Both the position numbers and the translations under genes were made by a program. Below are positions 12,060 through 22,546 of a DNA stretch of 64,000 nt, in pieces (position 1 is the first letter of the stretch; the number at the start of each line of letters is the position of its first letter). The notes below the pieces were generated by a model. The model was not told the DNA's origin. It made no database searches and saw nothing but the letters and a program-made list of their open reading frames with translations. This stretch comes from Amoebophrya sp. A120 (Eukaryota; Protista; Dinoflagellata). The stretch lies in the NCBI GenBank assembly GCA_905178155.1, contig CAJINV010000004.1, forward strand, positions 11,143,655 through 11,207,654. Direction: 5' to 3'.

Positions 12060-14455
12060 CTACACCACACTCCAGAGCTTTTCCAGCGTGACTCCCTCCT
12101 TTAGTCGTTCCATCGCCAGCCCAATCTCCGCGTTGAACACGGGCTCCTGGGTGATAAAATCCTTCTCGCCGTCCGCATGGTACAGCATCGACGGCTCCAC
12201 GACGTCGTCGTTGTCTAACAGCTCAATGTCGTCCTCCTTCTGCGGCACGGGCACCGGCGGTTTGTTCGCGGCGGCAGGACCGCCGTCCTCGTTTTCTTCG
12301 TCATCCTCGGGCTTACTGATCGTGAAATCAACCCCAAAAACCGGATTCTGGGTGATATCCACGGCAAAAGCATAAGCAAAAGAAGTAAAACGTCATGTAT
12401 CCAAAATCCTGCACGACAGCGGTACTAGGGCACAATTGGAGCAGCGAGTGGAAGCGAAGTGCATCACACTCCTTACTCTTCAATATCAATTTGTATTTTT
12501 CACCAGGCCGAATTGCATATCTTGACCCTTACTCCACCAGATCTTCTTTATCCCCGTGGCAACCAAGTAGAATGCTCAGAAAGCTGTAGAGCTATACTGT
12601 CTTTCCCTATCTTTTGCGGTGCATATCTGAAAATTTTCCACAATTTTGCGATCTGCTTCCGGATTTCCTCCAGGTGCGAGACTGGGTCCGCTTATGGATG
12701 TGTCAGGTTTGAAATCGTCAAAGTTGAAATAGTTTGTCATGCATAAAACGGATACCAGTTAGACCTACAGTTTGTAGTCGGTGCATGACAAATTTTCCCG
12801 GTCCTGGAAGCGAGTCTGTCATGCGGTTTAGGGCAAAAGAGCTGCCTTCTGTCATGCTAGTTAGCAGTCCAACTTTTGACCCTTACCAGGACTATAATCT
12901 GCCTCCCGTGGGTCCTCTGCAACAGAGTCGCTTTTTGTGTCGCATTTTATGCATTACAAATTATTTCAACTTTGACGATTTCAAACCTGACGCTTCCATA
13001 CCGCTCGGAATCCGAGTATGTAGGAACCGGACCCGGGGGTCGTTTCCAACACCAGCGTATGCATTGCAAATATGTCTGGGTCTGGAAACTTGTGATGCTG
13101 GGTGGCATATCATGAGGAAGCCACAAGTGCTGCCTCTGCATGGCAAGTTTCTGGGCTTCTAGGTAGGTGTTGCCTATTCTGCATGACAAACTGCGTTTCT
13201 GCATGACAGAAGAATGGAGCTCTTGGGTAAAGTGCATGACAGATTTAAGATTCATGCCAGACAAGCATGACAAACATGCATTCTTCCAGACCCAGACATT
13301 TTTACAATCCATACAGCGCTTGTCCGAACTTGCTGTTGCGCACGTTGATGGACTTGATCTGCATGTAGGGAATCGACACGTTGAAGTTTTCGGCCAGACT
13401 CGCGAACCAGACCACGCGCACGTTGGTGATGGTGAAGGTCCCCAGGTTCCCCTGGTCGGAGGAAAGGTTCCAGATTCCCTGCACCTTCTCGTAAACCTGC
13501 TCGTTGGGGAGCAGGCACAACTCCTTGTTGCTGATGATCGCTCCGCGGAGCTTCAGGTCCCGATACAGCTTGGTGGACTCGTAGGCTTTGAAGACCGCTT
13601 GCGTGGTGGTAAACAAGCGGGGGGAGTTGCGGACCAGGGAAGTGAAAATGAACTCGAACCGGGTATTGTTGAACCGCGTCATCACGAACAGCGCCTGGGT
13701 GTTGCCACGCAGGCGGCTGTTGACCAGCTTGATGTTCACGTTGGTCACGCAGGAGAACCCGATGCTCAGATTCGTTCGCGCTGACTTCGCGGACGTCCTA
13801 TGAAATGCAAAAATGTCTGGGTCTGGAAGAATGCAGGAGTTTGTCATGCAGATTTTGCATGACCCATGAGGTCTGTGATGCATGCCCTAGCATCAGAGAT
13901 TTTGCGAGGGCGTTCTGATGCTAATACCGCATGAGAAACGCCCTCTCCGCGTAGCACAAATTACACCTCTTTTGCTGTTCGTGCAATACAGATTTTATGT
14001 AGATTCCAAAAGTGGCATCACAAGTTGTATCCTTCCAGACCACCCAGACATTTTTGCAATCCATACGTCCAGAGAATGCGCAAATTCGTCACGATCAGCA
14101 TGCCGCGATCCCCGTTGTTCCCCTTCGTGTCTTCCACCGCATTGATGCTGTCGATTTGGAAACTATGCATTTTTCTACAAGGTTGGTATCTTCGCACTGG
14201 TAGAACTAGCGAATCAAAAAAACCGCATCACAAATGTACATTTTCAGAAGGAAAGATTCAGCATGTCGTGAGAAAGCAGCAGAGCTGTCTTGATGAACTT
14301 CATGCAAGTATGTCGCGATTAGTCTAACCACGTGCACGATCCAACTTTTTCACTAGATAGAACTCGCCCTTCCGCAACTTCTGCACCTGCGGGTTCTGGT
14401 CAAATTTGATCTCCCGGTCCTGCCAGACCTCCTCAAAAGCAGGCTCGTCGGCCAT
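12060..14455 (-). CDS. BBS5: Bardet-Biedl syndrome 5 protein (BBSome), 6 exons
   Basis: Spliced product has [88 protein letters not shown]; all five introns are TAT...ATA elements. Confidence 0.96.
12356..12625. mobile_element. Introner (older, partly degenerate)
   Basis: TIR tatccacggcaaaag / cttttgcggtgcata; flanks ggtga/tctga; excision gives KIFTQNPVFG. Confidence 0.8.
12693..13000. mobile_element. Introner, long-TIR family
   Basis: ~55-bp TIR; direct repeat ccgct; excision gives GFRADP of BBS5. Confidence 0.9.
13058..13313. mobile_element. Introner, tgtctgggtctggaa family, subfamily A
   Basis: ~30-bp TIR; direct repeat cagcg; full-length similarity to 44064-44315 (same orientation) and 32200-32451 (opposite). 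Confidence 0.92.
13799..14065. mobile_element. Introner, tgtctgggtctggaa family, subfamily B
   Basis: TIR tatgaaatgcaaaaatgtctgggtctggaag; direct repeat cgtcc; similar to 36923-37184 and 32518-32779. Confidence 0.9.
14164..14359. mobile_element. Degenerate introner-derived intron
   Basis: TAT...ATA ends, flanks gaaac/gaact, internal TIR decayed; an in-frame GT-AG reading is also possible. Confidence 0.6.
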
Positions 14456-15255
14456 CTTGACTTTTGGTCTTGCGCCTTCTTGCAGCTGCACAAGTGAAAA
14501 AACGTCGATGAGCAGAAGTGGCTTGTTTTTCTACTCTGCTAGCCTGTGCCTGTGGGATGCGTAAGCGTCAATGCTCCCATTGCGGATTTCTCTCTCCAAT
14601 TAGTTTCCAATTACAATTGTCTCTTTCAGGGGCAGATTCATATTTTATACAATTTGAACGTCTTGGACGGCAGCGACTCTGTTCAAATGACTATCATGCC
14701 TCTCAACGCTCCTGCAATACCACTACAAGAAGAACAGGAGTCCAAGTACTTGAAAAAACGTAGGCTTTTGACGCTAAACAAACACCAGCCGTCTGCTCCC
14801 ACAAGCTGCAGTCCCCGCCGCGGAAGAAGCATTTCTCATCGGCGGCACAAGCACGTGCAAAATCTCCGCGGATGAGTTTTGCACTGACCGGCATCAACCA
14901 GACTTCAGGTACAGGAATTTTATTTCGTGCTTTGATAACTGCGTTCTCCATCTTCAATTCTCCATCCTTCATTCTCCTACAGGTTTTACCGCGATAAGTT
15001 TTCATCGGAGAACGAGAAACATTCTTCATCAAATAGAGCTTCCTACTTCAATTTCCCCCATGTCTTCCTATTCCTAATGTCATATCGTACACAAAAAGGT
15101 GCAACAGAAGGTTCTTCAAATTGCTTCCCGTCCTTGTATTCCGCTGTTCATTTCTATTGCTATTGGAAACCTGTGACCATGTGCATTCAACAAAATGAAA
15201 ATCATTTAAAAAGATGAGTCTAATCTTTGTAAATCATGTAGTAAATTTTTCTGTC

Positions 15256-16408
15256 TCACTCCAGCCTGTGTCCCTGTCCGCTGAAGGGTTCTATTGGTGC
15301 GGTGAGCGGTGTCTGCGAACCTCGTTGCTGCGGCACGGGAAGCTGGTTGGTGGAAATCAGGCTCTCGTCCAGCATGAACCTCGGGAGCACGTCCCCTGCA
15401 CCGGCGGTCAGCTTTTCGCAACAACTCCACAGAATGTAGGCGAAGTAGGTAAACCTGAAAGTGACAGAATGCTGATCTCATGTAAGTAAATTACAAAGAG
15501 AACAGTCCATCGAAGGTGACACCAGTGCACGTCCATCAAGAACAAGAAAGTGTAATTCTTTCGAAAATCAATGTTCTTACAAGAAAAACTCGCATCCCAC
15601 TGACCCGGCGAGTACGGCTTTTAGCTTGGCGCACTCCACTTCTGGATATTCGTCACACACCACGGAAAGCTGTTCGTGATTTTGATTTTGCATATTTGAT
15701 TAAACAACAGCACGCCTTTCCAATGCAACTTAGAAGAACTACAAACCATGCGCTGGAACTGTTGGTGCGGCATTGATGGTTTCGCGGTCAACAGACCTGC
15801 CGAATCGACGTGCGAAATAAGGAACTCAAATTCTAACTCATTCTAAGCTTTTATACCCTCATGAGGCCGCACAGTGCCATAGATGCGTAACTGCACGTGA
15901 AGAGAAACGCAATGCGCACGTTATGTGGCTCCCGTAAAGCTACCCCTCTGTATCCCCTGGTACCGACCGCGAATCCGAGGATTTGGTAGAAAATATGAAG
16001 CTGGGCCAGGAAATCACCTGAGATCGTTAAATTCGAGTTTGCGAATGTGCAGTAACAAAGGCATTTCTCTTCCTGTTACTGGAGCATCGAAGAGATAGTA
16101 CAACCAGCGCACGCCGAACATATTCACCATGCTGTATTGGCTGGACAACCCCTGCTAGGTAAAATAAACATGCAAATGCACGATGAAGCAGTTTTTTTCG
16201 CGACAAGGCACCAGCGAGAAGTGGTTGTACTTGTTCTGGTCAAATGGTGCTCCTTATCCGCTTCCTGCTTGGTCGGCGCCATCGCGAAGATGGACACAAT
16301 CTGCACGATGCCGGTGAAAACGTAGTAGAAACACACCGAGATCGCTGCTTGGTTGATAGACAGGCACCCACAGCACACGCGATCCGCGGGGATGCAAAGG
16401 CCTCGCAT
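15256..16408 (-). CDS. Multi-exon small membrane protein with a C-terminal SHP-box-like motif
   Basis: First exon MRGLCIPADRVCCGCLS..TM; last exon (15256-15454, after TTTCAG) FTYFAYILWSCC...PFSGQGHRLE*; middle exons not resolved. Confidence 0.55.
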
Positions 16409-17574
16409 CTTACTTGTTGATGTTGTGCAGCACGTAGTTGACGGACAGTCAAGATTCAGTCGTAGTCGTTGCTTGTTGAAGCTTGGTTTTTAATGTTGCG
16501 GGACACGCAGCTAGTAGTAAGTATCAGGAGGCGGAAGCGTCTCGATCCAAGTGGCTCATCTGGAGGCTGGCTCCACGACAATGAACAGTTTTTCGAGGGA
16601 GGCCGCGCCGCGTCCTTCAGATTCAGTGGCTTGTTGATGGGTTATGCGCACGTCGAGTAGTACTCAGCCACGCCGTCCTCGTCCACCCACTCACGTGATT
16701 GCTGTCGTCATTTTTGCTTTCAGGTTGAAAGGAATTACAGGTGGCACCTTGTTCTGCAAAACCACGAACGACGAAACGAATCAGGAGTGACAGGCGTGCA
16801 CGGACGAAGCACCTTCAAACTGATGGAAAGAGAAAGACAAAAGAGTATGCTGTCAACATATACTTCCTTTTCTAAGACGGACCGCACCTACAGAAAAAGA
16901 CATCGCTCGAAGAGAATTTCATCGGTCACTGCTTTTCGAACACGCCTCCCATCATAGACGGACCTAAGCTTGCGCGGACGAGCAGCGTCAACTGACCAGG
17001 ACCTGGAGCTGTGCTCGCAAATGCCATGCGACATACAATCAGATGAAGCATGAAGATCCAATATTAATATGCGTTTCTCATGTAGTAGTAATTCATGATA
17101 TGTTGAGGCAGCTTCTTGTTTGAGTTTGTCTTTATTCTGTTCTTTGTCGTGCTACCCGTAGTTGTACGCTGTGTAACGGAAACGGTAACCCTAACCGCAA
17201 GCGTAAGGACACACAGAAATAAAGGTTCTTGCTCCGAGGCAAATCTTCCTGGAAGATGTTCTCGCTGTAGTTGCACTATGACACAGTTCGTTTTTTTTGC
17301 AGGTTAGAGCAGGAAGAACGCTCACGTGACTAAAACCTTGCCGCCGGCGCTTCACCTGTGCACACGACAACTTGCGGACGGTCTTCATGATGTAGTCACA
17401 ACACATCGTGCTGGTGTCAACGGCGGAGCAACGAAAACCTCAGAACGCGAGCTAGCCCCGGCCGCAGTGTAGACAGCCGCCCTGCGTGCCCCTGCGTGCT
17501 GGAGCTCGTGCATGTTGGTAGAATGAGGCGCAGCTCCTTTCGCATTCGTGGCAAACCCGGCCTGTCGGTAGTAA

Positions 17575-17796
17575 TCATCCCGTCCCCGGTGGCTTCAGCG
17601 AGGCTGAGACTTCTGCAGAGCCGACGGCGGAAGAGCCCATGAGGTCCATGGCGTAGGGCACCAGTGGCAGCTCCTCGTAGCGGTACCAGTAGGCAACGGA
17701 AACGCCGACTCCGACCACCAGCGCTGCCCCCAGTCGACCGATCTGCTGCGCTAGCGACCCGAGCGCCAGGACCCAGAAGTATGGGCAAAGCGTCAT
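17575..17796 (-). CDS. Small hypothetical membrane protein (possibly the first exon of a longer gene)
   Basis: GC-rich ORF MTLCPYFWVLALGS...LGAALVVGVGVSVAYWY with a hydrophobic segment. Confidence 0.4.
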   Translation of the reverse strand: MTLCPYFWVLALGSLAQQIGRLGAALVVGVGVSVAYWYRYEELPLVPYAMDLMGSSAVGSAEVSASLKPPGTG

Positions 17797-19072
17797 GCTG
17801 TTGGCTTTTTTATTTGTAGTTCTTGCAGATCTTGTTATTCCGGAGAGATGTCGTATTATGGCGATATGACAACCACAACGTGGAAAACAAGGGTAGGTGG
17901 TGTTGAACACCTCATCATCATCTTCACCACATGATAAAACTTCAAATAGGAATACCCTACAAGTACAAAGTCAGACTCTGTTCTCCTGAAATCAAAATGA
18001 ATCTTGATGCTGAAAGTTTAAGCTGTATGTGTATTAATCTTTACCGCCGTACCTTGACGAGCGCTTTCGTAGCCGTTCTGAGGAGCATAGCAGCTGCACG
18101 ATCGGAACAACAAGGGAGCGCGTTTGCAATTGCACTTCAGCGACGGGGTGCTACTAGATGATATGGACTAGAAATCTCGTCCCCGGTCAATCTCTGTGTG
18201 TGTAGGTTCCTTCTTTAATAGGCCCAGGCGACAATAAACAAGTACGATTACATCCTGTGACAAAGGCAATAAGTTGGGCAGCCGAGTGGGAGAGTCATTG
18301 GCTTTCATCTTTTATTTGAGAACAAACATGTCTACAAACTCAAACGACAAGATGCTATTTTGAAAGAGACACGTGAGACGAGGCGGTGGTTGTCGTGCTA
18401 GTACTAATATCCGTTTCCCCGTATTAAGCGTATGCGTATGATCACAAGTCTACATAAAGATCACCATCATGCACAACTCGAGGGGACCCTGACATTGTGA
18501 AACACGAAAGCGAGTATAGATAGAAGTTGAAAATGCCCCAGTAGAAATTGCAGGAAAGTCAATCCTTTGATATTGCAGTGAGAGGCACAGGAGCTGCAGG
18601 ACGAAGCTGCGATTTATTGCTTGCAAACTTCTCGAATCACACAATGTGAACGCGAACACAGCAGCACAAAGTCTTTAGAGCTTCCATCTCTGAGAGATTG
18701 AAGAGATAAGCAAACGCTGATCGCAGAGAAAGATCGCGACTCGTCTCGCTCACCTCCATGTTGTCCATTTTGTCTGCTACCAAGGCATCAATAATCATGA
18801 TTACCATTACAAATCTTTTTCCACATCAAGCACAAGTACAGTTTGTTGTCCAAATGAAGTCCAAAAATCCGAGCGACTGCACCTGCACCGAGTACATGCA
18901 CTGCAGCCGGCCGTAAATCTATTGTACACCATAATCATACAAACTCAAAAGCGACGAAGATCATTCGTCGTGCGCATAGGTACATTTCTCAAAGCACACA
19001 CTTTCACTTTCTCCCCTCCAAACGTATCGCAGCGGTAGTAGCGAAAAACAAGTAGCACAAAACAACTACCTC

Positions 19073-20395
19073 TCACGCCAGGGCTCTCCGCACGCCAAGA
19101 CCCCCCGGCGCCGTGGCCGACCTCGGGCTGCCCACCGGCACCAACGGGCGGATACGCAGGAATGCGCAGTCGGTGTCGGTGAACTCGATCTGTCCCGCAA
19201 AGGTTTATCCTATGTAAAAACGTCCCCACCCCATAGTTGTCATGCAAATCTGCATGGTAAAAATGTTTCTCATGCGGAGCCCTATGAGGAGCGTTCTCTC
19301 GTCGTGTTTTGAGATTTGTGATGCTTGAATCAGCATGCTAGGCTAGATCTGTGACGCTGCTGGGGCTTTCTAAACAGGATTATACTGCGAGGCCAAACTT
19401 GTCAGGCGCAGCAACCAAAGCTGGTGGATTTGTCTAGCAAAATTCCCATCTTGACTCTGGTGTGAGGACGTTTTTACATCGGATAAGGTTTTGGCCAAAT
19501 TCACCTCCTTCTCGGCGAGCAGCTTCATCGCCCTTTGGCGCCTCCTCTCGACCCGCTTCAAGGCATCGTCGTAGAGTCGACGGCATCAAATGCAAATATG
19601 TCTGGGTCTGGAACGACGCGAACCTGTGATGCACATTCCACAACACACAGAAATCTCTCATGCATAGGCAGTAAAAGATGCCCACTTCCTGTCACCAAAG
19701 TGGGAGATTTGTCATGCGGATTAGGCATTGCGAAACCTTCTCGAAATCTGTGATGCTGGGCTTCCATGACAGACCTTCTGTGTCATGTAAAAACAGCATG
19801 ACAAAAATCTGCAGTCTTCCAGACCCAAACATTTTTGTATTTGATAGACGGAAGACTTTGCGGCACAGGTAGGCGTTCAGACCTGTTGTACAACCAGTAA
19901 CATGCTGGAGTTTCTGCTTGCGTTTTAGAATATTCATATTCTCAATTTTGGAACCATTTTTACCGTAGATTTCGTACGCCTCTTGCACTTCTTTTTTGCA
20001 AATTCATCGACGGAACAAGCGAAGCGTCGTGCATGAGCAGAGCAGGACTAGAATGCAAAACCAAGAAATCACGTTCTTTATCAAATACCGCTATCCTTGA
20101 CCAATTTCCCGACCTCCTGTCCTATACCCCGATCTGCCGCCAGGGCCTTCATTTTTTCCAAGGAGGCCTGCACGGTCTGCAGGTGCTCGGAAATCGCCAT
20201 GTTTTCCGCCACGAGCTTCTGCATGTCCGCATTCTGCTGCTCTAAACGCTCCTTTAACAGCGTGATCACCTCCGCATTCCGCTCCTCCCGGTCTAGTAAC
20301 AGGTGCAGCTGCTCGGCGTCTGGGGGTTGGAGCTGCGCCACCCGTTGCGCCTGCTCCCGCACCTCCGCTGCAAATCCCTCGGCGGCGGAGGGCAT
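19073..20395 (-). CDS. Coiled-coil hypothetical protein, 4 exons
   Basis: Exon 20395-20089, GT-AG intron 20088-19883, then two introners; spliced DSGLNAYLCRKVFRRLYDDALKR...AKTFAGQIEF. Confidence 0.75.
19206..19485. mobile_element. Introner
   Basis: TIR tatcctatgtaaaaacgtcc / ggacgtttttacatcggata; direct repeat aggtt. Confidence 0.88.
19584..19846. mobile_element. Introner, tgtctgggtctggaa family
   Basis: TIR catcaaatgcaaatatgtctgggtctggaa / ttccagacccaaacatttttgtatttgata; direct repeat gacgg. Confidence 0.88.
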
Positions 20396-22546
20396 GTAGT
20401 TCTAGTTGCTATTGGAGTTATTGGGTGTGTTGACTGAGGCGGTTATTTCTTACGGCTTGTTGTTGATGTGCAGTCTTGTTCTTTCTCCTGCAAAAAAAAC
20501 AGTTCTGCACAAGCCGCGGGCAGCGGCTCGGGCTCCAAATAAAAAAAATGACACGAATGAAAACGCTGCTCGTTCTGTACGTTGTCTTGACATGGTCGTT
20601 CAAGATGAAAGAGCAAAACAGAAGTGTTCATCATGGAAGATCTCTTTACAACATCAGGAGGGAACGACTAAGACTTCGATCAAGAGCAGAACGAAACTGC
20701 TTCTACGAAAGACGACGAGGAGCGAGTGCCCTGCAGCAAGTGGCAAAAATCTAAACCGATCACCAGCAGCGCCATTTTATTCCACGATCATCGATCTAGA
20801 GCCCATACGAAAAAAGTCACAAATCAACGACCTGCCCGAAAGGAAATCGCACATGAGGACGACCCTGTATCTTGCTTCAGACTATAAACATTGTGATTCC
20901 TCTACTGAGGGCGGCGTCCTGTCGTCCACACCGTTCTTCGAAAGATCTTTCGCATTCTTTTTCTTAGTCGATTCTAGCACTGAAAAAACTTGCGTCTATT
21001 CGATTCCGCTGCTGAGTGAAGGCGGCGTCGAGAGTCCTGTGTCTTCAAAGCAACAACAGCTTCCACCAGCATTATTCTGTTCATTTTCGGTGCGACAAAA
21101 AGCAAAAGCTCCAGACATAGATACAGAAGTACACGATAAACATAATATAATTTGAAGACGCGACAGAAATTATTGAAGGACATCAGCCACTACACCTCGA
21201 CATTGTTCCGCCGTTGGCACTCTAGTACCTGTAGCTTCTTTGCGCGCGGCTTCCAACACGCAACACACCGACCACACGAAGGAGCGATTCCTCCGAGCAC
21301 CGCATCGTGTTTCGCGTCAGTGCGAAGGTTCTCCACCCTTTATAGAGGGGAAGCGAGTGACTTTGCGGGCTGCTGCTAGCTTTATAGAAAAGTCGCCCGC
21401 TGCCATGCGGATTTGCAATGTTCCGCTGTTTTTTCAAGATGCAAGATCACTCAATCCCATGTAGTCTGGAGTAATCTTTATTCTTGCTAGGCCTTTTGCA
21501 TCACAAAAAGGCCTGCATAATAAATAGGAGGCAAACTCACATGACAAGCCGGCGCGCTTCTTAGGACCAGCAGCAGGCGGGAAGATCACTCACTTCTCCT
21601 CCATACCCCAGTCCTGGCTTGACGTGTCCGTCGTTGGCCCAGCAAAGTGCTCTGTGCGTCCTTGTAGTTCTGCTCCGTCTAAGCTATATTCTCTGCTCTT
21701 TATGATACTAACCTGCACTGCGCCTTCAAGGTAAAACTTGCATAATATTTGGTATATTCTTAGTGGTGGTTAAAGATTCACATATATAATTCTGCTAAAA
21801 ATCGTATAGAGTTCTTCAACTATGTGCTCGTCCTCTGGGCGAATGCGGGACGAGACCTTCCTAGCATTTCGCTTCTCTGAAAGGCTATTCTAATTTAATT
21901 AAAGCTGCGTATATAGAGCCAGCAGCGATAATTTCTGTTGACTTTTTGGAATTTCTGTGTGATAATTGATTGTTTGAAAAGTAACATAAAGTAACGGTTT
22001 GATATTGTGCGATAATTTTTGCTAATTGTTTGAAAGTGTAACATAGGTTTGCTTCTGTTTTTGCAAACTTTCTCTTTCAACAGGTGGACCGCAAAAACAG
22101 GACCAGGCTGCAGTTCGAGTTCTGCTCGTGCTTTTTGGATATTTGCTTGCTGCGTTTATCATCTCATTTTGATTTGCGCCAAGCAAGATGAAAAGTATTA
22201 GGTTTTGGTTTTTGATACAAGCTGACAGCGACGGTGGTGAGTGCGAGTCGTCCAGGTGGTTGTACAGATGAACAGTTAAAATTGGACTGGCCTACTGGAT
22301 TTTCTGCTCAACCCCCGCGCCGGCCGCGTAGTCCTCTACGGCGCCCTGCGTGCCCTGCGGACCCAATCCCAGGTCGGGCATGCTTTGGACCTGATATTAA
22401 TAAGTACCAAGTTTTTTTATGAGGCACTACAATATGGTGTTGACCATCGTGATGCAACTACAACAGTATCGCGAACAAAAACCGGAAAGAAGTTTCTCAT
22501 GCATGTCATACCAGAGAGCGAAGTTTGGCATGATGCGTGTCAAACA

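Noticed and set aside
12947-13312. Recurrent short ORFs containing CKNVWVWK or PDPDIF in several places
   Set aside because: These are translations of the shared introner TIR, not a protein family
20406-21155. 249-aa plus-strand ORF
   Set aside because: Non-ATG start, intergenic-like composition, no motifs, opposite to the gene block
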